Positions 44,758 through 54,931 of a stretch of DNA of 64,000 nucleotides are shown here, piece after piece. A model generated the notes under the pieces. It was given only the letters and a program-made list of their open reading frames with translations, did not search any database and was not told the origin of the DNA. Numbering within the stretch: the stretch's first letter is position 1; every line of letters begins with the position of its first letter. A program made the position numbers and the translations under genes. The stretch comes from a virus (lineage: Duplodnaviria > Caudoviricetes): IMG/VR virus record IMGVR_UViG_3300044981_000214. The stretch is one strand, 5' to 3'.

Positions 44758-46526
44758 GTTAGTCTACGGAAAGTATAAAGCATAACGCCGCCAGGTCCCG
44801 GTTTCTGTTGGACGTTGAAGTGCGCTGATAGTGCTTCATTCATTTCACGTAGTCGTGCTGCGAGTGCCTTGGGCGACTTGTAAAATCCCGTTGCCTGTGT
44901 CTTGGCAAGGTTGGCTAGGTCACGGAACAAATCGTTGACCTTGATCTCACGTCCCTGATTAGCTGTCAGGTCCAGCCACTTGTCAAGCAAGTCTACGAGC
45001 GAATCGCCTTCAGTCTGCAGCGCCTCACGTTCGGTCTGCATCGCTTCAAGCATCTTGTCGACGTGCTCACGCGACCAATCGCCAGGGGGGCCTTCAGGAT
45101 GGCTGCTAAACACACGTCCGATCAAATAGGCCAGGCGAGCAAAGTCGGCCAACCTGTATTTGGTGATGAGCAGTTCTTGGGGCTTACGTAGCTCAGCGAC
45201 AATTTCATTTAGCCAATATAGCCACTCGCCGAAAATTTCCGAACGCCAAAACTTTACTTGTTCGATGAGCTGATGCGCCGATACAAAGCCCTCTTTAGCT
45301 GCACGACGTTCCAGGCGCACAATCAAACACCTGTCCGCGAGCTGAGGCTGGCGGAATGTCATCGGGTTGTTAGTCGTGATCGCGAAATAGCTATGAGGCC
45401 TGATCGGGACTTCAGTGTCGTCGGTATACAGCTTACGCCTTGAAAACTTGCCGCCGGTAGCATAGCTGGCCAACAGATCCTGTAGCCAGTCTATGGTTGT
45501 GTTGACGTCATCGAGAATAGCGATCGGTGACCGAAGAATCTTGATAGGGAAGTCAGGGTCTTCTTTCTTGGCGATTTGGATCGGACTGGACTTGCCATGT
45601 AACGCCATAGCGATGCGTTGCGCAGCGAACGTTTTTCCTGACCCCATCAATCCTTCAAGCAACAAAAAAGGCTTGGACGGTAGCAAATCAGGAAACGCCA
45701 AAGTAAATATCCAGATACCCATACACATTTTCTGGGTCTCTGGTGACATGCCGCCTGAGGTAGTTGGCACGTACTGCAGGTCGTTGATCAGGTGGCGAAA
45801 TAACAGGTGATGATTGCCGATATTGGACAAAGGGTCATCGTTAAACACTGGAGCGTCAACGCCCTTACCCTCATCGTCGTCGATGAACAATGCCGAGCCA
45901 GATCCATTGGGAACAATCTGGATATTTGCGTCCCCTGTAATTTCGTAACAGCTACCGTCATAGCGTGAAATGTAAAGTGTTTTGGTGTCCTCATCCCAGA
46001 ACGTGAACCTACGAATATCACGGAGTTTTCCCGAGGCAAGCGCGCCGCACTTTAACGAAGTGATAATGTGTTTGGTGTCGCTCTCGCTAGGATTCAGCCC
46101 ATACGCGTTCCACATATAGGCACCAAACACTTCATCGTTGGGTTCGATACGGTACAACTTATTGAAGCGGGCATCGAACAGGTACGCGCGATTGTCTAGT
46201 GTTCGGATGAACGAGCCGCGTGAACTTTTGCCGTTCTCATAGTTAGCGATGAAGTTGTAAATGATTCGGCGCTTGACGTCCGCGTTGTAAGCCTTGTTAT
46301 AACGGATCGTCCAGACATGTTGCTTGGTCCACGCATGAGGGTCCGTGCTAGGTTGACTGCCGCCACCGCTGCCAGACCCACCGCCACCACCGTTGGGACC
46401 TCCGCCTGTGCCACCTGCAGGGGCCATCGGTGTAGGATTTGAACCGCCTGGCGGTCCAGACGCGCCTCCATTATTTCCGCTATTTCCACCACTTGCAGCG
46501 CCGGGAAAGGAAACGATGTTCGACAT
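44754..46526 (-). CDS. Primase-associated P-loop ATPase/helicase
   Basis: GLMGSGKT Walker A; ILDD Walker B; RRKLYTD; LADR; RLADF; Gly-rich N-terminus. Confidence 0.8.
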   Translation of the reverse strand: MSNIVSFPGAASGGNSGNNGGASGPPGGSNPTPMAPAGGTGGGPNGGGGGSGSGGGSQPSTDPHAWTKQHVWTIRYNKAYNADVKRRIIYNFIANYENGKSSRGSFIRTLDNRAYLFDARFNKLYRIEPNDEVFGAYMWNAYGLNPSESDTKHIITSLKCGALASGKLRDIRRFTFWDEDTKTLYISRYDGSCYEITGDANIQIVPNGSGSALFIDDDEGKGVDAPVFNDDPLSNIGNHHLLFRHLINDLQYVPTTSGGMSPETQKMCMGIWIFTLAFPDLLPSKPFLLLEGLMGSGKTFAAQRIAMALHGKSSPIQIAKKEDPDFPIKILRSPIAILDDVNTTIDWLQDLLASYATGGKFSRRKLYTDDTEVPIRPHSYFAITTNNPMTFRQPQLADRCLIVRLERRAAKEGFVSAHQLIEQVKFWRSEIFGEWLYWLNEIVAELRKPQELLITKYRLADFARLAYLIGRVFSSHPEGPPGDWSREHVDKMLEAMQTEREALQTEGDSLVDLLDKWLDLTANQGREIKVNDLFRDLANLAKTQATGFYKSPKALAARLREMNEALSAHFNVQQKPGPGGVMLYTFRRLT

Positions 46527-46757
46527 GGTGGAGAGCTAAGACACGCCACAGCCAATCCGCTGGCTGCGGTTAGATCGTGTAGCAGAAGATATTACGACCA
46601 GTCAAGGTATGGAAGCTAGGAGAAAATTTTTTCATCTGAAAAACTCTAGCAGCATCCATTGGATCGGCCGAAGTCAAGGGTAGAAATTGGGCGGTCGCTT
46701 GACATAGCGTGCTGTGTGCTGGTAATCACATCGATTCGTGTGGGGTCAGCCTTGACT

Positions 46758-48530
46758 ATGGCACTGGTTGATGCTCTTGGAAGTATCAAGCCACACCCAA
46801 CGCGACCGGACTGGTACGCGATCCCAGATTCATGGGGGCCGACACTAGCAGGCGTCCCATCGGTTCAGCTCGATAAGAAATATGGCATTGTCGCGCACCG
46901 CAGTCATTTACCGATATTGGCTGTCGCTCACTCTGAAGCGCAACAATTTCTAGAGCAGCTAAAGACCACGCCCAATTTATTAGCGCGGGCTGCGTTTGAC
47001 ACTGAGACGCTAAAAAACGGCTGGGCATTACGCGAGCACCAACACGCTGCTCGTGAGTTTATCTTAAATCGGCGAGGCACATTGCTGGCCGACCAGATGC
47101 GTGTTGGCAAAACACTCTCGGCTTTATCGACACATGATCCTGACTCTGGTCCACTAGTAGTAGTCGCTCCTCTTGCTACGCGTGAAGTCTGGATAACATG
47201 GTTTCGTAGACGCTGGCCTGATGTTCGACCTACGGTAGTGCAAGGCAAGACCGTCAAGTATTTCGACGAGGAAGACAAGAAAAAGCCTGTAAAACGTCGT
47301 CGAGACCCTGGCTATGACATCATTGATGCAGAGCGATTTGACCCTCAAGTATTTGCCAAAGCCAAGTTGATATTTATCAACTATGACATCTTGGCAGGCT
47401 GGAAAGACTTCGGTTTTCGTCGAATCGGGACATTGATATTCGATGAGTGTCACGTAATCACGTGGAAGGCTGGTTCGACCGCCAAACGTGCTACGGCCGC
47501 ACTGTATATATCGACATCAGCTGAACGTGTTATTGGCTTATCTGGCACGCCTATGTGGAACAAGCCGGTTGGCTTGTACACGATGCTTAGCTGCCTCAAT
47601 CCTGGTGCTTGGGGCAAGCCGTTTAATTTCAGGGAGCGCTACAGCCTCTTAACCGAAGGCGAGTATGGCTTGGTCAGCAACGGCACGCAGCACGAAAATG
47701 AATTCAAGCTGAGGCTGACCGAAGTCATGTTGCGGCGAACTTGGGAGGACGTCTCAGGGCATTTACCTGCGATCGAACGCACGGTTGAAGTTGTAGACAT
47801 CACCGAACGGCAGGCCTTTGAAATCGAGAAACAAGCTGAAGCAGTACGTGATTATAGCCAACGATCTACTGCTATAGGTAACGTTGCACGCTTTAGGCGT
47901 CTGTTAGCCAAACTGAAACTCCCTGCAGCGACGGACGCAGCACTTCGTGTATTGCAGTCTGAAGAAAAAGTCATTGTTTGGACGTGGCACAGGTCAGTAG
48001 CTATAGAAATAGAAGATCGATTATCCAAGCAAGGCTACCCCGGCTATGTTGTATCGGGTGAGACACATATGGACTTGCGCGAGGCGATTTTCGATCGCTG
48101 GCGCAACAATGGGCCTGCACCGTTAGTTATTACTTTGGCTGTTGGACAGGTCGGTATCGACCTAAGTGCTGCACGCCAAGAAGTGTTCGCCGAGTTGGAC
48201 TTTACGCCAGCTATAGTCGCTCAAGCGGAGATGCGGCCGTTCACACCGACGCAACCAATCTCGGCAACGTACGTGATTATCGATCATGAAATCGAACGCA
48301 AGTTGCTAGAAGCGTTGCAGACTAAGTGCGAGCTGTCCTATCGACTAGGTGTACCGGCTGCAGAGTCTGCTGTAGACGTTTTGGCTAGTACGTTCACGGG
48401 TACTACTTCCCGAGGGGAAGTTTTGTTTGATGCAAGCGCGCTTGCACTAGCAGTTATGTCAGACCACCCTGATATAGAAGACATCGAGAACAACTTCCAC
48501 GGCAATGCGTGGACCGACGAGGACGATTAA
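46758..48530 (+). CDS. SNF2-like helicase
   Basis: LREHQ, LADQMRVGKT, DECH, LSGTP, GIDLS; likely start ATG 46758. Confidence 0.88.
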   Translation: MALVDALGSIKPHPTRPDWYAIPDSWGPTLAGVPSVQLDKKYGIVAHRSHLPILAVAHSEAQQFLEQLKTTPNLLARAAFDTETLKNGWALREHQHAAREFILNRRGTLLADQMRVGKTLSALSTHDPDSGPLVVVAPLATREVWITWFRRRWPDVRPTVVQGKTVKYFDEEDKKKPVKRRRDPGYDIIDAERFDPQVFAKAKLIFINYDILAGWKDFGFRRIGTLIFDECHVITWKAGSTAKRATAALYISTSAERVIGLSGTPMWNKPVGLYTMLSCLNPGAWGKPFNFRERYSLLTEGEYGLVSNGTQHENEFKLRLTEVMLRRTWEDVSGHLPAIERTVEVVDITERQAFEIEKQAEAVRDYSQRSTAIGNVARFRRLLAKLKLPAATDAALRVLQSEEKVIVWTWHRSVAIEIEDRLSKQGYPGYVVSGETHMDLREAIFDRWRNNGPAPLVITLAVGQVGIDLSAARQEVFAELDFTPAIVAQAEMRPFTPTQPISATYVIIDHEIERKLLEALQTKCELSYRLGVPAAESAVDVLASTFTGTTSRGEVLFDASALALAVMSDHPDIEDIENNFHGNAWTDEDD

Positions 48531-49028
48531 ATGGGAGCGCATATCAATAAAGAGGGTCTCTTTCAGTCCGACAAATACCCGACAACGCCGGCTGGCAAGG
48601 TTCCGTTGAGTGTTAAAGATCCAACGGCCCAAGATTTACTCTGGGAATATGCCCAGCGCCGTAGGTCTGTTGATGCTGAGTTCTCGGCTGATTTAGAAAC
48701 ATGTCTGCGTAATGCAGGCTACTCTAAAGAAGACCCTCGTGAGACAGATCTGAAACAGGGCCTTAGACAGCTAACCATAGGACAATTGCGAAGACTGCAG
48801 TCACATCTCAATAGAGGTCTACCAATACTATTGGATCGTGACCAAGAGGGCCGACCTTGTTACTCTTCTCCCAATCTGTGCTGTCCTCTTGTTATTGCTA
48901 TCGGTTTAGAGCCTGACTTATTGCCTAAGATGTGGAGTGCTAGCGAGATAAATAGCCGACAGGATTTGGCCAAGGCCGTAATCGACCTTATCCAAGAGAA
49001 AGCTATCGGCGAGAATCCGACGCAGTAA
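48531..49028 (+). CDS. Hypothetical protein
   Basis: 165-aa ORF abutting SNF2. Confidence 0.55.
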   Translation: MGAHINKEGLFQSDKYPTTPAGKVPLSVKDPTAQDLLWEYAQRRRSVDAEFSADLETCLRNAGYSKEDPRETDLKQGLRQLTIGQLRRLQSHLNRGLPILLDRDQEGRPCYSSPNLCCPLVIAIGLEPDLLPKMWSASEINSRQDLAKAVIDLIQEKAIGENPTQ

Positions 49029-49030
49029 AA

Positions 49031-49516
49031 ATGAAGTCTGACGTTCATTTCCAACAGACTTGCGAGAAGGCTCACCAACGTGAGCACGAGTTCGCCGAGT
49101 ATGTGACCAATACCTTTGGTCTAACTGTAGAAGTGCTGTCTAAAGGTTTTCGTGCGACGCGGGAAGATATTGCTGACTATGCTCACGATGTTGATTTGAA
49201 GGTCAACGGATTTCTCTGCCAGTTCAAGTATCGTGATGTTGCTTTAGCGACTTTGAAAGCTAAGAAATGGCGTCCGATCATAGACGAACAGCTAAAAGCG
49301 CATCGTACGCCGGTCGATTTCTATATCTTGAGATTTAGTGATGCTACGCTAGTAACGCCGTATCAGCCTTTCGCTTGGCGCAATAACACAGCTTGGAAAG
49401 TAGAAGCTAAACACGATGAAAGTGATAAGTCACTAAAGGCTTATTACACAATTGATCCGTCTGACTGCATTGAATTAGAGACTTGGATAGCGGATATCCA
49501 AAAGGCGAGGTGCTGA
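49031..49516 (+). CDS. Putative PD-(D/E)XK nuclease
   Basis: E...DVDLKVNG..CQFKYR. Confidence 0.55.
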   Translation: MKSDVHFQQTCEKAHQREHEFAEYVTNTFGLTVEVLSKGFRATREDIADYAHDVDLKVNGFLCQFKYRDVALATLKAKKWRPIIDEQLKAHRTPVDFYILRFSDATLVTPYQPFAWRNNTAWKVEAKHDESDKSLKAYYTIDPSDCIELETWIADIQKARC

Positions 49517-49706
49517 CAATGCCGCATTGTGGTGAAACCGAACCCTGTGCTGACGATGTTTATTGCAATTGCGACTGTTCGCAGTGCCGTGACACCGACT
49601 GCTACCGTCCAGGATGCAGTAATAAGTCGGGGTGCAATAAGATTCACACCGGTGATGCGCAATGGATGCGTCGATTTGAAATCGAGCACGCAAGGAGATC
49701 ATTCGG

Positions 49707-49919
49707 ATGGCGATGAAGAACGAAGATTGGGGTTCTCCATATCGCGATCCACCCGAATGCGATCATGGCGTGACGTTTGACGAAGTAGCTGCGCGTGGAT
49801 TGGACGCACATGAAGTCAGGAAACGTTGGCCGCGATTGGGCGGTAACTGTAAGTTGGGCTGCGGCTACAATGGCATCTACTATGCGTCCTTTATGCATTA
49901 CCTAATGGGAGATTGGTGA
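49707..49919 (+). CDS. Hypothetical protein
   Basis: EVRKRWPRL...C...GIYYASFMHYLMGDW. Confidence 0.6.
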   Translation: MAMKNEDWGSPYRDPPECDHGVTFDEVAARGLDAHEVRKRWPRLGGNCKLGCGYNGIYYASFMHYLMGDW

Positions 49920-50893
49920 ATAGAAATATGTATATAGATGAAAAGACCATCAGTCTGTTCCCCACAGTCGAGTACCCGTATATCGACGAGGTCACTAGTG
50001 ATATATTTGAAGAATACGGATTACCTCGTTTAGGCGGTGCTTCGGGTAGGGGATGGTCTTCCTTCGCGACCATCCAACGTTGTCCACACCTCTACAAAGT
50101 CACGTATCTAGACCGATTTCGGGGGACACCCGGTAAAGCGCTAGAGGTAGGTAGCATTATGCATACGTTGCTAGCGCTCTATTATAGTTGGATGGTCGAT
50201 GACAACTGGAAGCTAACCCCAGAGATCATGAAGAATGCGTTGATGCAGCGAGGTGCTAGACCTGAATCAGTAATTGAAGGTTGGCGACTATTTGATGCTT
50301 ATCAGAATCATTACACAAGCGATTATATCTATCCAATCGCTCAAGAAGTTTGGGCGCAAGATCCTGACGGCAATACCTGTCGTTACGATTTGATAGCCCG
50401 CGTTGTAGAAGATCAACCAGGAATACCTGCAGGCATTTTCAACATTGAACACAAAAGTGCTGCACGTTTTTCCCAGCCTTATTTAGACGGGTGGCGAAAT
50501 GATGGCGAAGTTATCGGCCAAATGATGATTTGGAAACGGTCGGGCCTTGATGAGAAATACGGTGAATTGAAGGGGACTATTGTTAACATCATTGGCAAGC
50601 AGAAGGTCCCGCTATTTCATCGAACGATCATTCCATTGGAAGCATGGCATGTATCGCAGCATGCACAGGACCTAAAGATGTGGACTGCAATTAGGAATAT
50701 GTATGAGGCATCTGGATTTTGGCCAAAGTCTCGTACGAACTGCACTAATAAGTACGGGACCTGTCAGATTTTTGATTCGTGCGCTTCCAACCAAGAGCCA
50801 AAGACGATCGATCAGTTGATCCAAATTTCACTCGACAAAACAGTCAAGGCTGCTGCAGAAATGTCTCCTAATGATACCGAAGCAGATGACTAA
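49913..50893 (+). CDS. PD-(D/E)XK exonuclease (RecB/Cas4-like)
   Basis: QRCP...GSIMH...RYDLI...IEHKS...CTNKYGTCQIFDSC. Confidence 0.8.
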   Translation: MVNRNMYIDEKTISLFPTVEYPYIDEVTSDIFEEYGLPRLGGASGRGWSSFATIQRCPHLYKVTYLDRFRGTPGKALEVGSIMHTLLALYYSWMVDDNWKLTPEIMKNALMQRGARPESVIEGWRLFDAYQNHYTSDYIYPIAQEVWAQDPDGNTCRYDLIARVVEDQPGIPAGIFNIEHKSAARFSQPYLDGWRNDGEVIGQMMIWKRSGLDEKYGELKGTIVNIIGKQKVPLFHRTIIPLEAWHVSQHAQDLKMWTAIRNMYEASGFWPKSRTNCTNKYGTCQIFDSCASNQEPKTIDQLIQISLDKTVKAAAEMSPNDTEADD

Positions 50894-51150
50894 ACGTGTC
50901 CAAGAAATCGGATGGCAGACAATACGTATAACGTTGATCGTTGTTGCTGCCGTCGTCGCATTGGCCGTTATACTCATGATGGCAATCATTGCGTTCACGT
51001 CTTCAGCAATCACAGAGACTTCGAAGTTTCTTTCCGAAAAGGCTTGAACTCTTTCTCAGGACGCGTTATCTAGATCCACCCTGCGAGATCGGCTGTTGAG
51101 TCACTAACCCCGCTCCAGCCAATCAATCCACCTCCCCAAGGAGCAAACAT

Positions 51151-52080
51151 TTGCGCGTAGTCGATATCACAAACAAGTCCGCAGCCAATCGAATCACTGC
51201 TCTTTCTTATGGACAGTCGCGAGCCGGCAAATCCAGATGGGCTGCAACTTGGCCTCGACCGTTATTTCTATCTGACGCTACTGAGTCAGGGTGGGAAACA
51301 GTCCGTAGCATGAACCGTAATGCGTGGTTCGAGCCAGATCGTGCGCCAATCGTTTGGGCTATTGAGACTGCTAGTGACATGCGTCAGGCGATTCGTGACG
51401 CTAAACCGCTTATTCAGCAAGGCGAGGTTCTTACTGTTGTAATTGACAGCCTAACTTTCTATGCCGACCTGTTTTTCAATTTCTTAGATAGCGCCGGTCG
51501 AGTCGACCAGCGTCAGCTCTACCAGAAGCTGGGCCAGCACCTTAAGACAATTCGCGAAGAAGTTCATTTACTTGGCTGTAACGTTGTGTGGTTGGCACTT
51601 GAAAAGCCCCCTGGCGAGGACACGCCAGTAGGTGGCCCGATGTTGAGTGGATCGAACGCACAGAAATTTGCTGCTGGCTGTGACTACGTTTTCTATCATC
51701 GTAGTTTTCAGGTAACGCCTACGGCACCTGCGCAATGGGAAATCCGTACAAAGCGCTATCAGAATTATCAAGCCGGTGGTCGCGATGAAGGTCGACTGAC
51801 TGACCCGCTTGGTTATTTCGCAGTTGGCGAAGATGGCAATGAAATTTTCATGACTGATTGTAACTATCGAACAGTTGCTGAATGCCTAGGCATCTTGGAG
51901 CCCGGCGACGGTCCCGAGAAACTGATCGCGGCAATGCAAACTGAGCAACAGCTAATCGCTGCGCGTCACGCTGTAGCAAGATCAGTAACAGCTGTAGAGC
52001 CCACCACGGATACAGCTCCAGCTACATCCGCACCAACGCCTACCAACGGCAAGCGTCCCACCCCACCACAAACTCGTTAA
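51151..52080 (+). CDS. AAA_24/Sak4-like ATPase
   Basis: YGQSRAGKS...PLFL...TVVIDSLT. Confidence 0.8.
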   Translation: MRVVDITNKSAANRITALSYGQSRAGKSRWAATWPRPLFLSDATESGWETVRSMNRNAWFEPDRAPIVWAIETASDMRQAIRDAKPLIQQGEVLTVVIDSLTFYADLFFNFLDSAGRVDQRQLYQKLGQHLKTIREEVHLLGCNVVWLALEKPPGEDTPVGGPMLSGSNAQKFAAGCDYVFYHRSFQVTPTAPAQWEIRTKRYQNYQAGGRDEGRLTDPLGYFAVGEDGNEIFMTDCNYRTVAECLGILEPGDGPEKLIAAMQTEQQLIAARHAVARSVTAVEPTTDTAPATSAPTPTNGKRPTPPQTR

Positions 52081-52099
52081 AATAAGTTACCAGTAACTC

Positions 52100-52131
52100 A
52101 AACAAGGAAACAAGGAAACAAGGAAACAAGG
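52100..52131 (+). repeat. (AAACAAGG)x4 in the SSB leader
   Basis: Four exact 8-mers ending 9 nt before ATG 52141. Confidence 0.9.
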
Positions 52132-52140
52132 AAAGCACAA

Positions 52141-52686
52141 ATGGCAGAATTCGTTGATGTCGTAAACATGAATCTGAACGACCCAAATCTGACTCCGTCG
52201 GATGGGCGGAAGTTCCCCAAGGTCGATCCGGGCACTTACGCGTTCGAGATCGAGAAGGCTACGTTTGACCAGAGCAAGAAAGGCAATAAGACCCTCAAGA
52301 TCACGGCTAAGGTTCTCGACGACGGGCCGATGAAGGATCGCAACATGATCGGGTCATACGTGATCGATAACGAGGATTTTTCTCGTCGTCGTATGAAGGC
52401 GATTGTTGAGGGCACTGGTGTTGTCCTCGACAAGAATGGATCCTTCAAGCTAGAGGACTTGCAGGGTCTCTGCTTCACTGCTGACGTCATACTCGACGAG
52501 TATGAGGCTCTCAATGAGAAGACGGGCATGAAGGAGATGCGGTCGTTCACCAAGTGGGTGTCCGAGCGTCCAGTTGAGGGTGCTGCTCCGACAGCGACTG
52601 CTACAGCTCCGGCCAACGCCGCGAACGCGCCTCGGCGTCCAGCTGCACCGAATGGTACGCGGACTGCGCCGCGTAACCCGGCGTAG
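52141..52686 (+). CDS. DUF669-like single-stranded DNA-binding protein
   Basis: PGTYAFEIEKA...SKKGN..LKI; follows the AAA and exonuclease genes. Confidence 0.7.
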   Translation: MAEFVDVVNMNLNDPNLTPSDGRKFPKVDPGTYAFEIEKATFDQSKKGNKTLKITAKVLDDGPMKDRNMIGSYVIDNEDFSRRRMKAIVEGTGVVLDKNGSFKLEDLQGLCFTADVILDEYEALNEKTGMKEMRSFTKWVSERPVEGAAPTATATAPANAANAPRRPAAPNGTRTAPRNPA

Positions 52687-52736
52687 CCAGTAAGTAACTT
52701 AGACGATCTTACTGACTGTGTTGTTTGATACAGTCA

Positions 52737-52805
52737 AGAAGACCTGATCGATGTTATGTTGGATGACTTACTTTTGTCATCAATCTGACAGCGATCAGGT
52801 CTTCT
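52737..52805. promoter_or_regulatory. Long hairpin upstream of RNR
   Basis: AGAAGACCTGATCG/CGATCAGGTCTTCT 14-bp perfect base, plus an upper stem GATGAC/GTCATC. Confidence 0.55.
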
Positions 52806-52852
52806 AGCAAGAATTGATCGTTGTCTACTCCAACCCGAGGAGCTGGTAAAAC

Positions 52853-54922
52853 ATGTCGTCAGTTGAGTCTATCGTGACAGTAACTAACGAGCCGCGGGAG
52901 CGAAAGAACAAAAGTAAAGAAGTTCAGGTAACACTTTTTACTTTAGATGACGATTTCTTAAAGCAGTACATAGGCAAGCAGCCAAAATGGGGACCGGTTG
53001 GGTACGTTACGTATAAAAGAACATACGCCAGGTCACTGAATACAATCAACAAACGCCATCAGGAGTTAGCCACTGCGAACGGACTAAAGACATCCGAGGA
53101 ATGGTGGTTGACTGTTTGTAGAGTCGTTGAAGGCACGTATCAAATACAGCAACGCCATTGCAAGACGTTGAACTTGCGTTGGCAGCCTAGTAAGGCTCAG
53201 GCATCTGCACAGGAGATGTATGACTTGATATTCAACTTCAAGTTCACACCTCCTGGGCGTGGTCTGTGGATGATGGGCACGCCCTATGTTGAGAAAGTGG
53301 GCGGTGCATCATTAAATAATTGTGCCTTTGTATCCACTGAAGATATTGATGTTGCGTTCTCGGAACCATTTACTTTCTTGATGGATGTTTCCATGCTTGG
53401 CGTAGGTGTTGGTTTCGATACCAAAGGCGCTGGTAAGCTGATAATACAAAATCCCGTCCAAGGAAACGATGTTCACGTTGTTGAAGACAGTCGTGAAGGA
53501 TGGGTAGATTTATTAGGTCGAGTACTCGATGCTTTCGTAGGGAAAGCTACGCTACCAAAGACAGTCGACTATTCAAAACTGCGCCTTTATGGCGCGTTGA
53601 TTCAGGGCTTTGGTGGTACGTCTTCAGGCCCAGAGCCGCTAATTGAACTAGTCGATTTCTTGATCGCGTTTTTGACAAAGCGCGTTGGTTCTTTTCTTGA
53701 GTCAACTGACATCGTGGATATAGCCAACGTTATTGGTCGGTGTGTAGTCGCTGGCAACGTTAGGCGATCGGCTGAGCTATCGCTAGGCGAACCTTCAGAC
53801 CGCGATTTCTTGAATCTCAAGAATAAGAAGCTGCATCCCGATGCGTGCGCGAATTGGCGATGGGCGTCTAACAATTCAATTCTTGCAACTGTAGGCATGG
53901 ACTACACCGAAGTATCCAAGCTGACAGCTACGAACGGCGAGCCTGGGTATGTTTGGCTGGACAACGCACGCAAGTATGGACGTATGGGCCGTGATCCCGA
54001 CTTCAAGGACATGGCCGTTAAAGGCGTCAATCCTTGTTCAGAACAGTCGCTGGAGTCGTACGAGCTGTGCTGCTTAGCTGAAGTCTTCCCATCCAACCAT
54101 GACTCCTATGAGGAGCTAGAGCGTACACTCAAGTTCGTATATCTCTATGCCAAGACGGTAACGTTGGTACCGACGCACATCCCTCAAACGAACGCCGTGA
54201 TGCTAAGAAATAGGCGCATCGGTGTATCGATGACTGGCATCGTGCAAGCGATAGCAAAATTTGGTCGTCGTGAATTCTTTTCTATGTGTGATAGAGGATA
54301 TGAGCACATCAAGAGACGCGATGAGCAATACAGCCGTTGGTTGTGCGTGCCGATGTCAAACAAGCGGACGTCAGTGAAGCCAAGCGGATCAGTATCCAAA
54401 TTAGCAGGAGTGCCTTCAGGTATCCACCATCCTCATAGCGAGTATTACTATCAGGTGATTCGGTTTGCAGCCGACTCGCCTCTGATGTTCAAGTTCAAGG
54501 CTGCAGGGTATACATGTTACGATTTAGCACCGGCAGAACCTAACACTGTTGCCGTATACTTCCCAGTTCACGAGGAACACTTTGACCGTGCAAAAGACGA
54601 TGTTTCTATCTGGGAACAGGTAGAGCTAGCATGTCAGATGCAGCAGTACTGGGCGGACAATCAAGTGTCTATCACAGTGACTTTCTCTGAGGCTGAAGCC
54701 AAAGACCTAAAATACGTATTGGAGTACTGTGAGACGCGTGTCAAAGGCATTTCTTTCTTGCCTGCACGTGAACACGGCTACTCGCATCCACCGCTACAGA
54801 AGATCACGAAAGAAGTTTATGACGAGTATGTAGCCAAGCTGTTGCCGGTTGAAATTGGTGAGACGACAAATGAAGTACAGGACAAGTTTTGCGAAGGCGA
54901 TTCTTGTTTGTTACCTAGATAA
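52853..54922 (+). CDS. nrdJ: Class II (adenosylcobalamin) ribonucleotide reductase, monomeric RTPR type
   Basis: PPGRGLW, LNNCAF, GVGVGFD, GNVRRSAE, NPCSEQ, RRIG, VKPSG, C-terminal FCEGDSC. Confidence 0.93.
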   Translation: MSSVESIVTVTNEPRERKNKSKEVQVTLFTLDDDFLKQYIGKQPKWGPVGYVTYKRTYARSLNTINKRHQELATANGLKTSEEWWLTVCRVVEGTYQIQQRHCKTLNLRWQPSKAQASAQEMYDLIFNFKFTPPGRGLWMMGTPYVEKVGGASLNNCAFVSTEDIDVAFSEPFTFLMDVSMLGVGVGFDTKGAGKLIIQNPVQGNDVHVVEDSREGWVDLLGRVLDAFVGKATLPKTVDYSKLRLYGALIQGFGGTSSGPEPLIELVDFLIAFLTKRVGSFLESTDIVDIANVIGRCVVAGNVRRSAELSLGEPSDRDFLNLKNKKLHPDACANWRWASNNSILATVGMDYTEVSKLTATNGEPGYVWLDNARKYGRMGRDPDFKDMAVKGVNPCSEQSLESYELCCLAEVFPSNHDSYEELERTLKFVYLYAKTVTLVPTHIPQTNAVMLRNRRIGVSMTGIVQAIAKFGRREFFSMCDRGYEHIKRRDEQYSRWLCVPMSNKRTSVKPSGSVSKLAGVPSGIHHPHSEYYYQVIRFAADSPLMFKFKAAGYTCYDLAPAEPNTVAVYFPVHEEHFDRAKDDVSIWEQVELACQMQQYWADNQVSITVTFSEAEAKDLKYVLEYCETRVKGISFLPAREHGYSHPPLQKITKEVYDEYVAKLLPVEIGETTNEVQDKFCEGDSCLLPR

Positions 54923-54931
54923 CTTAGAAAG

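Noticed and set aside
49913-50893. CRISPR-associated Cas4
   Set aside because: The context (AAA, SSB) indicates a phage recombination exonuclease; no cas1/cas2 or array is present
52690-52850. Cobalamin riboswitch before class II RNR
   Set aside because: No B12-box or GGGAA/CCC core motifs, only simple hairpins
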